This document shows, piece after piece, positions 30,895 to 39,862 of a stretch of 64,000 nt of DNA (positions are counted from its first letter, which is position 1; each line of letters starts with the position of its first letter). This DNA comes from an uncultured delta proteobacterium. Its GTDB lineage: Bacteria; Desulfobacterota; Syntrophia; Syntrophales; Smithellaceae. A program made the position numbers and the translations under genes. The notes under the pieces are model-generated. The model saw only the letters and a list, made by a program, of their open reading frames with translations. It did not search any database and was not told the origin of the DNA. The stretch is taken from assembly GCA_963753975.1 (NCBI GenBank), contig CAVWEH010000004.1, forward strand, positions 224,001 through 288,000, read 5' to 3'.

Positions 30895-31803
30895 ATGAAA
30901 AAAGTAATTTTCATCGCATCGTTGATACTGGCTGTGGCATTTACTGTATATCCTATTACGGCCCGGAGCCAGCCTAGAGGCTATGGCTATGGTATGATGG
31001 GTGGATATGATTCCGGCTATGACATGGGACCGGGCATGATGGGTGGCTATGGCTATGGTATGAGACAGGGCATAAGGGGAGGATGGAATATTCCGGCTAA
31101 ACTGCCCGCACCAAAAAACACGGAATGGGTACAAAAACTCAGGGAGGTCTTTACGTTGGAAAAAGAATCTCTGGCCCAATATCAAGCTGATCAGGAAAAA
31201 TTCAACGCTTATATGCCGTACATGGTGGTCATTCCCCAGGAGTATAACCATATAGACTGGATCGAGCAGCTTTTTGCCGCCTATGATCTGCCTGCCGATG
31301 GGAAGGTGCCCCCGGTCGTGGCGAATAAGTCATTGACGGAGGCCTATGAACTCAGCGTAAAATTGGAAAGCGATTTATTACCTCGTTATGAATGGCTCGT
31401 AAAAAAGGCCGAGGATCGGGATACGGCTCAGGTGTTGAATACCATCCTCATTCAGAGCCGCTGGCATCTGGTGATGTTCGATCATGCTTTGAGGATGGGC
31501 GGCTATGGTTATGGCATGATGGGTGGATATGGTATGGGACATGGCATGATGGGCGGTTATTATGGTACTGGCCCCGGCTATGGACGGCAATACCCGTCGT
31601 CAAACGGCAAGGCCATCGGTGCGAAGGAAGCCGAGACCATGATGAAAGATTATTTGAAGTCCACGAGAAACCCGAACCTGAAGCTGGGCAAAATAAAAGA
31701 CGCGGGAAAGGCCTTTGAAGCAGAGATATTGACCAAGGAGAACGACATTGTCGACAGGGTTCTCATTGACAAATACACTGGCGAGATGCGGTCCGCTTAT
31801 TGA
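30895..31803 (+). CDS. Exported protein with Gly/Met/Tyr-rich repeats, a ferritin-like (DUF2202-like) core and a PepSY-like C-terminus
   Basis: Signal peptide; GYGMMGG repeats flank a helical region with E..H motifs; AGGAGG RBS. Confidence 0.65.
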   Translation: MKKVIFIASLILAVAFTVYPITARSQPRGYGYGMMGGYDSGYDMGPGMMGGYGYGMRQGIRGGWNIPAKLPAPKNTEWVQKLREVFTLEKESLAQYQADQEKFNAYMPYMVVIPQEYNHIDWIEQLFAAYDLPADGKVPPVVANKSLTEAYELSVKLESDLLPRYEWLVKKAEDRDTAQVLNTILIQSRWHLVMFDHALRMGGYGYGMMGGYGMGHGMMGGYYGTGPGYGRQYPSSNGKAIGAKEAETMMKDYLKSTRNPNLKLGKIKDAGKAFEAEILTKENDIVDRVLIDKYTGEMRSAY

Positions 31804-31899
31804 AAACCGGCCATTGGGCGGAGATAGTCCCGAAAGCGAAATGGCCGTTAAACTGGATTCATCTCCCCAACTTTTTTTTGCACGGAAAAGGAGTAGACG

Positions 31900-32289
31900 A
31901 TGATACCGTATGGATTTTCCAAGGTACTGGCTATGCCCTTCGAAACAGTGAGGGACATGGTCATAGAGGCATTGAAAAAAGAAGGTTTTGGGATTCTGAC
32001 CCAAATCGATGTCAGAGAGAAGTTCAAGGAGAAGTTAGGAATTGACTTCAAGAAATACGTGATTCTAGGCGCATGCAATCCGCCCTATGCCCATCAAGCT
32101 ATCCTCGCGGAAGAGGATATTGGACTCTTGCTGCCCTGCAATGTAATCTTGTACGAAAAAGACCACGAGACCGCGCTGGCAATCATCAGGCCAAAAGTGG
32201 CGATGCAGATGGTTAAGAATAAGTCGTTGAGCAAGCTCGCGAACGAAGTAGAAAAGAAATTGGAGAAGGTATTTGATTCGATTGTTTAA
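31900..32289 (+). CDS. DUF302 domain protein
   Basis: LKKEGFGILTQID, ILGACNP, IGLLLPCNV. Confidence 0.92.
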   Translation: MIPYGFSKVLAMPFETVRDMVIEALKKEGFGILTQIDVREKFKEKLGIDFKKYVILGACNPPYAHQAILAEEDIGLLLPCNVILYEKDHETALAIIRPKVAMQMVKNKSLSKLANEVEKKLEKVFDSIV

Positions 32290-32304
32290 AGGAGGGAAAG
32301 ATTT

Positions 32305-32628
32305 ATGAAACGATATTTGTTCATATCTTTAGTGTTCATCTGGGCGTTGTTGGTAATGAGTTGTGGCCAATATAACGGCCCTTACGGCCCCATGGGTGGT
32401 GGATGGGGCCACATGATGAACTATGGTTACGGATACGGGGGAATGTTTATGTGGATATTGTTTATTATTGTCATTGGTGTTGTTGCCTATTTTATCGTTC
32501 AAAGCATTGGAGCTAAAACGGCGGGCACGGCGCCGCACGAAACGCCTCTGGACATTTTGAAGAAGCGTTATGCCAAAGGAGAAATCACCAAAGAAGATTA
32601 TGACAAGATGAAGAGTGATTTAAAATAA
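32305..32628 (+). CDS. SHOCT-domain membrane (lipo)protein
   Basis: PLDILKKRYAKGEITKEDY; G/M/Y-rich segment plus a TM helix. Confidence 0.9.
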   Translation: MKRYLFISLVFIWALLVMSCGQYNGPYGPMGGGWGHMMNYGYGYGGMFMWILFIIVIGVVAYFIVQSIGAKTAGTAPHETPLDILKKRYAKGEITKEDYDKMKSDLK

Positions 32629-32713
32629 TAATGCGCACATGAATTATGGGTATATACGCTTCCCGAGCGTGAAACACTCTTTTTGATCTGATCTGACGCA
32701 AGAGGAACGGACA

Positions 32714-33343
32714 ATGAAAGAACGAAGCCCGACAGAAGAGACACGAAATCGCTACAACCGGTTGTCCTCTTATTACGATATTTTGGAATCTTTTATGGAG
32801 GGCTCTTTCGGCTTATGGAGAAAAAGCCTTCTCGCCTTGGCCAAAGGGAAGATTCTTGAGGTCGGAGTGGGGACCGGAAAGAATTTTCCTTACTATCCTC
32901 CGGGAGCGGATGTCACCGGCATCGATCTTGCCGAGAAGATGCTTTCTCTTGCCCGGGCCAGAGCGGCGAAACTCAATCTTCCTTTCCATCTTCTCGAACA
33001 GGACATAGAGAAGCTAGATTTCCCCGACAATACGTTTGATACGGCGGTGGCAACCTTTGTGTTCTGCTCCGTACCGGACCCCGTCAGAGGTTTGCAGGAG
33101 CTGCGGCGTGTGGTCAAACCGACAGGCCGCATTCTTCTGCTCGAGCATGTCCGAATAGACAAGCCCGTCATCGGCTTTATCATGGATCGTTTGAATCCTC
33201 TCATCGTTCATCTGGTGGGCGCGAACATCAACAGAAGGACTATCGAGAATGTCGGGAAAGCCGGCTTGCTCATCGAGAGCCTGGAGCATTTAGGGCCAAT
33301 GAAAATGATCAAGAGAATCATTGCGAAGCCGGATAAGCTTTGA
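32714..33343 (+). CDS. Class I SAM-dependent methyltransferase
   Basis: ILEVGVGTG, FVFCSVPDP, LLLEHV. Confidence 0.92.
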   Translation: MKERSPTEETRNRYNRLSSYYDILESFMEGSFGLWRKSLLALAKGKILEVGVGTGKNFPYYPPGADVTGIDLAEKMLSLARARAAKLNLPFHLLEQDIEKLDFPDNTFDTAVATFVFCSVPDPVRGLQELRRVVKPTGRILLLEHVRIDKPVIGFIMDRLNPLIVHLVGANINRRTIENVGKAGLLIESLEHLGPMKMIKRIIAKPDKL

Positions 33344-33429
33344 TCTTTCTCTGCCGCAACCTTCAGCTTGCGCCGGGCGGCTGATGCCAAAGGCAGAACT
33401 CCTAAAACAAAAAACCGGCCTTCTGAAAT

Positions 33430-34587
33430 TTAGAGACAACTCTCCAGGATCTTTTGCATCATTTCCGGCGTGACATCTTTGTTTTCACCCAGGTTAATCA
33501 TGTCGTGCTCTTTGAGTTTCGTGAGTATCCGGTCAATGCAATCACTTTTTATGCCGTAGTCGCACAGACGGGTAGGCAATCCCATAGCCTCGAAAAATGC
33601 TCGCGTTTTATCTATCGCTTTCTCTATGCGCTCATCTTCCTCGCCGGAATCGATTCCCCATACTCGACTTCCATATTGCAGGAGTTTCTCCCGTTTCTGT
33701 CCGGCGCGGACTTGCAGCATCGCCGGAACCAGACACGCCAGAGTCTGCGCGTGATCCAATCCGTACAAGACCGTCAGTTCATATCCGCTCCGATGCGCCG
33801 CCCAGTCCTGCGGCACGCCCGCGCCCAGGAGGCCGTTGAGACCTAACGTAGCCCCCCACATGAGATTGGCGCGCACATCGTAATTTTCCGGCTCGGCAAG
33901 CGCCCGGGGGCCTTCTTCAATCAGCATTAAAAGCAATCCTTCGGCCAGGCGATCCTGCACTTTTCCGTTGACCGGATAGGTCAGATACTGTTCCAACACA
34001 TGAACAAAGGTATCGACAACGCCGTTGCCGATGAATCTTGCGGGCAGAGTAAAAGTTGTGGCGGGGTCAAGAACGGAAAATTTCGGAAACACAATATCAT
34101 TTAGTATTGCTTGTTTGATCTGCAACTCTTTACGGGAAATTACCGCGCGGTTATTCATTTCCGAACCGCTGGCCGGAAGAGTCACAACCGTGCCGATCGG
34201 CAACGACTGTTTTATGGCACTGCCGGCATCAGCCAGTAAAAGAGCCGGATCACCTTTAAAAGGAATAGCCGCGGCCATAAATTTTGTTCCGTCGATAACC
34301 GAGCCGCCGCCGATAGCCAGAAGAAAATCGATTTTCTTTTTTCGCGCCAGATCCATTCCCTTCATCAATGTTTCGAATTCGGGATTCGGTTCGATACCGC
34401 CGAATTCGGTCAGGTCATAACCATTCAGGACGGCTTTAACCTCATTCAGCAAGCCGTGGCGTTTTGCACTTCCTCCGCCGTAGGTGATCAGCACCTTGGA
34501 TTTTGCGGGAATCTCCCGCACGATAAACTTGATTGCTCCCTTGCCGAAAAAAATCTTTGTCGGATTATGAAATATAAAATCGAGCAT
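33430..34587 (-). CDS. Iron-containing alcohol dehydrogenase (YqhD/BdhA-like)
   Basis: NPTKIFFG, GIEPNP, GGGSVIDGTK, GSEMN, DWAAH, LDHAQTL. Confidence 0.93.
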   Translation of the reverse strand: MLDFIFHNPTKIFFGKGAIKFIVREIPAKSKVLITYGGGSAKRHGLLNEVKAVLNGYDLTEFGGIEPNPEFETLMKGMDLARKKKIDFLLAIGGGSVIDGTKFMAAAIPFKGDPALLLADAGSAIKQSLPIGTVVTLPASGSEMNNRAVISRKELQIKQAILNDIVFPKFSVLDPATTFTLPARFIGNGVVDTFVHVLEQYLTYPVNGKVQDRLAEGLLLMLIEEGPRALAEPENYDVRANLMWGATLGLNGLLGAGVPQDWAAHRSGYELTVLYGLDHAQTLACLVPAMLQVRAGQKREKLLQYGSRVWGIDSGEEDERIEKAIDKTRAFFEAMGLPTRLCDYGIKSDCIDRILTKLKEHDMINLGENKDVTPEMMQKILESCL

Positions 34588-34653
34588 CTTTCCTCTTTTC
34601 CCTCGATGTGAACTGATAATTTAATGGAAATCACCCGGAATTGTCCAAAGATC

Positions 34654-34902
34654 TTAATGTCCGCAGGACGAACAATTCGATGAGGAGCACGAGGAGCAGC
34701 TGGAACTCGCGGAGGACCCGGCGCGGCTGGAACCGCCTGAACCCACCGAGGCATATTTCCCACGTCCGACTTTGGACATCACTTTGCTTACCTTTTTGGA
34801 CTTACATTTCGGGCATGCGGCATTGGGTTTTTCACTCATGCTCATGGTGACAACTTCAAATTGTTTTTTGCACTTAGCGCACTGATATTCGTAAATTGGC
34901 AT
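34654..34902 (-). CDS. FmdB-family zinc-ribbon protein
   Basis: MPIYEYQCAKC...CPKC, C-terminal CSSCSSSNCSSC. Confidence 0.92.
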   Translation of the reverse strand: MPIYEYQCAKCKKQFEVVTMSMSEKPNAACPKCKSKKVSKVMSKVGRGKYASVGSGGSSRAGSSASSSCSSCSSSNCSSCGH

Positions 34903-35086
34903 ATTTTATTTTCCTGATCTTTTTGTTTTAATCTAGAGACTAATGAGGAAAATGTCAATATTCATGTGACAACATATTCTGCAGGGTGGCGGCTTTATTC
35001 GGAGGCGATAAAAATATACCCTTGACAAACAAGATATGAATAAATAATTTTGTTTTAATATCGAATATCGAGAAAGGAGAAAAACT

Positions 35087-35716
35087 ATGTATCGCTTAAA
35101 TCTTTTCGTTTTCGTTGTTTTTTTTACATTAATCGTAGCGGGAATCATGCCGCAGGCGGCTATTGCCGTTTCAGAATCACAATCCTCAATCGAACAGACT
35201 TTTCAGAAAGCGAAAAAGGACTACCTGGATAAAAACTTGAAATCCGCAGCTGAACAGATTCAAAAGGCCTCGGACTACATGAAAGCCGAAGCCGAAAAAG
35301 CTTCCGCGACGGGAAAAGAGGCGCTGACGGCATCGGCTCATGAATTGAACAAATTGTCTGATGATGTAAAGAAAGGAGCGGTAAAATCTGTAAAAGGACT
35401 TGATGATGCTTTCGCCCGCGCCTATCATGCTATGGCAGCCGATGCCCATGCCAAATCAATGAAAGCATGGGCTGAGAAACAGTCCGTAAAAGCCGGCGAT
35501 GCCCTTGATTCGGCCACTAAGGATTTGAAGCACGGCTTGGCCTGGACCGGTCAAAAAATCGAAAAAGGCACGAAAGAAGTCATAAGAAAGTCTGAAGAGC
35601 TAGCGCTGAAATTGAAGAAGAAGAGCTCCGTGGTGGCGGAAGACGTCGGGAAAGGACTCCAAAAAACGGGAGATGAAATCGAGAAATTCGGAAAAAGAGT
35701 TTCACCCAAGGAATAG
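35087..35716 (+). CDS. Exported helical hypothetical protein
   Basis: Signal peptide, Ala/Lys-rich; AAGGAG RBS. Confidence 0.8.
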   Translation: MYRLNLFVFVVFFTLIVAGIMPQAAIAVSESQSSIEQTFQKAKKDYLDKNLKSAAEQIQKASDYMKAEAEKASATGKEALTASAHELNKLSDDVKKGAVKSVKGLDDAFARAYHAMAADAHAKSMKAWAEKQSVKAGDALDSATKDLKHGLAWTGQKIEKGTKEVIRKSEELALKLKKKSSVVAEDVGKGLQKTGDEIEKFGKRVSPKE

Positions 35717-35797
35717 CAAAATTGTTCTAAGCGATAAACCGTAAGTTCACGGCAACTATTGGGATCAAAGTTCCGAAGGCTTCTCGACATGCTCAGT

Positions 35798-35826
35798 ACC
35801 TGGCTTTTGCAATAAAAAGGCCAGGT
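35798..35826. terminator. Hairpin, possible terminator
   Basis: ACCTGGCTTTT-loop-AAAAGGCCAGGT downstream of 35716. Confidence 0.45.
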
Positions 35827-35978
35827 GCAATGGTCATTTATTCCTCCCATTCCACTTACTATTTACCATCATTGCCTTTAGTGACGCATTCTTCCATTAT
35901 TGCTTCCATGGTACTGCAAATTAAGGGGCTTCTCCCGGAGTCATGGGTCGCAGCCTGCAATACCAAAAGGAGGAAGGC

Positions 35979-36365
35979 ATGAAAGAAGATATAAAATGCG
36001 AAGATGTGGACAAAGTGAAACCGTTGGATAGACTTCTTGATGACCAGATTAAGGAGTTTGAAAGTGGAAAAGATAAGCAGTGCGACAAGGACCTGGACAC
36101 GATGATGTGGGAACTTGGCGATTACGAAAACGAAGAGCCGAAGATGGCAGCCACGGAATTCGAGGAAGAAAAGCCGATAGAAGAGCAACTTGTCGAGAAA
36201 AGAATGATCTTGGGCAGTAATGGCAAGCCTCGTTTCGTGGAAGGCGCATCGGAACAAGAAGAAACTGGTGAGGAGGTCACTGTCGCCCACTCAATCGGTT
36301 CAGGGACGAGGCAAAGAGGGGCCAAGGCTTTCCGTGACAACTCTTCGCGCAAAAAGAAGAAATGA
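35979..36365 (+). CDS. Acidic hypothetical protein with basic tail
   Basis: AGGAGG RBS, E/D-rich 128-aa ORF, no family recognised. Confidence 0.55.
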   Translation: MKEDIKCEDVDKVKPLDRLLDDQIKEFESGKDKQCDKDLDTMMWELGDYENEEPKMAATEFEEEKPIEEQLVEKRMILGSNGKPRFVEGASEQEETGEEVTVAHSIGSGTRQRGAKAFRDNSSRKKKK

Positions 36366-36477
36366 TGGTCAGCGCAGGTTCGTCGATTGCAATTGTCAAG
36401 AAAATAATTTGACGCCCAAATGGTCAAAGGCAGACCTGACCCCTTCTGACCCCTTCTCCGTCCGCTTCTCCATCTTT

Positions 36478-36973
36478 TTATTTGCGCGTTTGCGACCGCA
36501 GGTACTGAATAAAGCTCTTATGGGGAGGCGCAACATCCATTTGCCATAACAGCGCTATAAGTTCTCCCCGATGATGCGTTTCTTCCTGGAAGAAGTCGAG
36601 CAATACATCCTCAACTGTCACAAGGAATGTCGAGCCGTCCCTAAGCTTTCTCTCAACTTTTCTCGCCAGTTCTTTCGGCGTGACTTTGCCGAGATACGCG
36701 TTGGCTTTGGATTCCACCTGTTCCAGATAATTCGTGATTTTCGCGATGCTGTCATATTCATTATAGTTGACGCTCGGATAATTGGGATTGCCTTGCAGTA
36801 CATAATTAATAATAGGCATCCACCACAAAGACGATATGCACGTAGATGTCTCTCAGGGACGGGAAACTGGCGCCTCGATCCTTGACAACTTCCTCCCAGG
36901 GGAGCTTGCTTAAGCTTTCCAGATATTTGTGCCTTAAAAATTGACTATACTCCAACAGTTGTAATGTCTTCAT
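36478..36973 (-). pseudogene. DinB/YfiT-family protein, frameshifted
   Basis: SLRDIYVHI and ETHHRGEL motifs lie in different frames; a single extra base near 36810; GGAGG RBS. Confidence 0.8.
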
Positions 36974-37001
36974 CGTTTCCTCCCGTTTGAGCTCTTTCAT
37001 T

Positions 37002-37418
37002 TCACAGTTTGAATTTCTCTTTAAAGTATGTGTCGCGGACTTTTTTTGCCTTCTTTTGGGCCCATGCATCAACACCCATTTTCTTCATCAGGCAAAGATT
37101 GAAGACTTTTGTGTTGTGCGGCCGCATAGATGCTTGATCGGCGTAAGGGTGCAGAAAGTCGCACGGAAAATCGGCGCATTCAAAACAAAAATTTAAACCC
37201 TTCTTTTCAATACATTTATATACGTTGCATGCCTCAACGAGAGAATGTGCCGAACACATACCTTTTTGATTTCTGCAACCGTCGCAAATCGCATCTTCAA
37301 AGGTCAGATTCATGTTTTTGGCGATCCTGCTTCTCAATTCGTCATTGTCTCTCGCTGCATACATCGCGCAGTTGAAACAATCTATCCCGCAAGGCGCGGT
37401 CATTTGCCGATAATCCAT
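37002..37418 (-). CDS. DUF3795 cysteine-rich protein
   Basis: APCGIDCFNC, CDGCR, C..KKGLNFCFECADFPC. Confidence 0.88.
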   Translation of the reverse strand: MDYRQMTAPCGIDCFNCAMYAARDNDELRSRIAKNMNLTFEDAICDGCRNQKGMCSAHSLVEACNVYKCIEKKGLNFCFECADFPCDFLHPYADQASMRPHNTKVFNLCLMKKMGVDAWAQKKAKKVRDTYFKEKFKL

Positions 37419-37504
37419 TGTATTTTCCTTTCGCTTATTTTACTTTATCGTAAAATTGAGATTTCAAGACCTGACCCTAGCCTCCTGTAGAAGTCGTGCG
37501 CAGA

Positions 37505-38035
37505 CTATCTCCGCTTATACAAACCGATAATCTGGCCTTGGGCAAGGATATGTCCCTTCATGGCATTTTCCAAGTCTGCCTTATTCGAATTCGGGCTGAT
37601 GCCGAACATGTTATCCAGGGCATATACCTTAAAGAAGTAGCGGTGGGTGCCGGAAGGCGGACATGGTCCCCCATATGAGTGTTTTCCAAAGTCGTTCATA
37701 CCCTCGATAGCCCCTTGTGGAATTGTATTCTCTTTGATCTCTTTCACATCAGGGGCGATGTTCCAGATCACCCAGTGGACCCAGATCCCCACTGGTGCAT
37801 CAGGGTCATCAACAATCATAGCAATGGATTTTGTCGCCTGGGGGCAATTTTCAATCAGGAGAGGCGGATTAATATCCTCGCCATCACAGGTATACTTGCC
37901 GGTGATATGGCCATTATTCTGAAAAGCCTGACTCGTTATCTTTAACGTATCCATTGCACTCACCTCCTTTGTAAGTGATGCAGAAAAAAGGAAAGCTAAA
38001 ATCATTAATGGTATTATTATTACTTTGCCGCCCAT
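37505..38035 (-). CDS. YbhB/YbcL PEBP-family protein
   Basis: DDPDAP, WVHWV, YGGPCPPSGTHRYFF. Confidence 0.95.
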   Translation of the reverse strand: MGGKVIIIPLMILAFLFSASLTKEVSAMDTLKITSQAFQNNGHITGKYTCDGEDINPPLLIENCPQATKSIAMIVDDPDAPVGIWVHWVIWNIAPDVKEIKENTIPQGAIEGMNDFGKHSYGGPCPPSGTHRYFFKVYALDNMFGISPNSNKADLENAMKGHILAQGQIIGLYKRR

Positions 38036-38103
38036 TTCTCCCTCCTTTTTACATTAGTTATTAGAAAAAACGTGCGACTTTACCGACGCAAGCCTAAACA
38101 TCA

Positions 38104-38655
38104 TTACAGTCCCAAATCTCCGGCTACTCCCTTCATCGCTTCCAAGCCAAGCTCGATAAAGTCATCCAATTCCAAACCGATATCACTGCATTTTGCTATC
38201 TGCGCCCGGTTCGCACCCGCCGCAAAGCGCTCTTCTTTGAACCGCTTGCGAATGGATTTGGCTTCCACGGAGGCGAGCTTTTTATCGGGACGAATTAGCG
38301 CTCCGGCAGTGATGAGCCCGGTCAAAGGATCGGCACAAAAGAGGGCTTTATCCATCAGTGATACGCAGGGCTCTCCGTGCGCTTCGTTGTGGACAAGAAT
38401 GGCATGGCAGACCGTCTCACCCGCACCCAACTGTTTTGCTATTTGGGCCCCGGACTTGCTGTGGACTTTCAAATCGGCATGGGTCAGCTCGACATCGATA
38501 TCGTGAAGCAAACCCACGAGCCCCCACTCATCTTCATTTTCCTTGAACCGCCGGGCAAGCGCGCGCATAATGGCTTCCGTAGCCAGCATATGCTTGATCA
38601 GATTCTCATTCTTCACATTTTCTCGGATGGCTTTGAGCGCCGTTTCCCGATCCAT
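38104..38655 (-). CDS. HDIG/HD-domain metal-dependent phosphohydrolase
   Basis: KHMLA, GLLHDID, ADPLTGLI, FAAGANR. Confidence 0.9.
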   Translation of the reverse strand: MDRETALKAIRENVKNENLIKHMLATEAIMRALARRFKENEDEWGLVGLLHDIDVELTHADLKVHSKSGAQIAKQLGAGETVCHAILVHNEAHGEPCVSLMDKALFCADPLTGLITAGALIRPDKKLASVEAKSIRKRFKEERFAAGANRAQIAKCSDIGLELDDFIELGLEAMKGVAGDLGL

Positions 38656-38807
38656 AAGCTCCTCATTGAATATAACCGCCTCGGAAGGCTCGGCGGATTG
38701 AATTATGAAACACCGTTTGATGAGCGCAAAAAAATTATCAATTTAGCGAGCTAGTATGATTGTATTTTTTTATTCTCTGTGACAGTAAAATGTCAAGAGT
38801 AAAGATT

Positions 38808-39296
38808 TTATTTCGTGATTTTAATTTCTCGCAACCACGCGGATACTTTGTTTTGCGCGGTTTTCACAACGCTACCGCGAATAGCAGCACCATTCAGCAA
38901 GGTCGATTTTGGGCAAAGTTTCGCGATATCCGTAGCGCTTCCTCCCAGAGAGCTTCCTTCGTGCGTGCAAAACGGTGCGATGGTCTTTCCCGAAAAATCG
39001 TATTCCGATAAAAAGGTTTTGACCGGAGCGGGAAACGTGCCCCACCAAACAGGGTAGCCTAGGAAAACCAAATCATACGATTTGATATTCTCAATTTTTG
39101 TTTTCAATGCCGGTTTGTAGCCGGAATCCAGTTCCTGCCTTGCTTGTTCTACAACCGCATCGTATTCATGAGGATACGGCTTTACGGCCTGAATTTCAAA
39201 AATATCGCCACCAACAATTTTGTGAATTTGATTGGCAATTTCGCGAGTGTTGCCACTGTGAGAAAAATAAGCCACCAGAATCATTTTTCCCTCCAT
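38808..39296 (-). CDS. Flavodoxin
   Basis: LVAYFSHSGNT, GYPVWWG, PFCTHEGS; start uncertain (39296 or 39314). Confidence 0.9.
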   Translation of the reverse strand: MEGKMILVAYFSHSGNTREIANQIHKIVGGDIFEIQAVKPYPHEYDAVVEQARQELDSGYKPALKTKIENIKSYDLVFLGYPVWWGTFPAPVKTFLSEYDFSGKTIAPFCTHEGSSLGGSATDIAKLCPKSTLLNGAAIRGSVVKTAQNKVSAWLREIKITK

Positions 39297-39300
39297 CAAT

Positions 39301-39624
39301 TTATTGCTGATCAATTACTTTTTTCAAGTGGTTAAAGGCCGAGGCTGCAGTGGGCCACCCGGCGTAAAATGCAATATGCGTAATCGCCGCTACAAGTTCT
39401 TCCTTCGTGAGGCCGTTTTCCAAAGCCTTTTTAAGATGAAACTCGACTTGCTCAATACGATTCAGCGCAACCAGGCATGTGACAGTAATTAAGCTTTTAT
39501 CGCGCTGCGAGAGTCCGGGACGTTTCCAAATATCACCGAAAAGAAAGTCTTGTGTAAGTTTCGCAAATTCCGGTGCTACAGCCTTTAAGTCATCTATCGC
39601 TTTTTGTTCGTTACTGTTTGCCAT
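39301..39624 (-). CDS. Carboxymuconolactone decarboxylase family protein
   Basis: LFGDIWKRPGLSQRDKSLIT, HIAFYAGWP. Confidence 0.92.
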   Translation of the reverse strand: MANSNEQKAIDDLKAVAPEFAKLTQDFLFGDIWKRPGLSQRDKSLITVTCLVALNRIEQVEFHLKKALENGLTKEELVAAITHIAFYAGWPTAASAFNHLKKVIDQQ

Positions 39625-39688
39625 ATGTATCTCCTTTCTTAGTTGTTAAAGACTGTGATTCCTTTACCACGTCGCTTTGCTCCTGGTG

Positions 39689-39742
39689 TAGTTCGTCCTA
39701 CAAATTTCAGCGCGCTACGCTTCTGAAACTTGGGGCTCACTA
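39689..39742. repeat. Palindromic repeat unit of the 52.9-53.4 kb family
   Basis: TAGTTCG..TACAAATTTCAG.GCGCTACGCTTCTGAAA.TTG..CTCACTA matches 53264-53317. Confidence 0.7.
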
Positions 39743-39862
39743 TCAGAGACCGGTCATTTGCTCCAGCTTTTCGGGGTACCGGGCTCCTTGCACCGTGATC
39801 TTCCAGAAGGCGCTTTCAATGTCACGGAGGTCGTCAGAGGTAAGTTTGACGGCGACTGCTCC
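39743..39862 (-). pseudogene. Aldo/keto reductase C-terminal remnant
   Basis: GAVAVKLTSDDLRDIESAFWKITVQGARYPEKLEQMTGL* is a typical AKR tail; it has no start and abuts the stop of the upstream gene. Confidence 0.75.
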
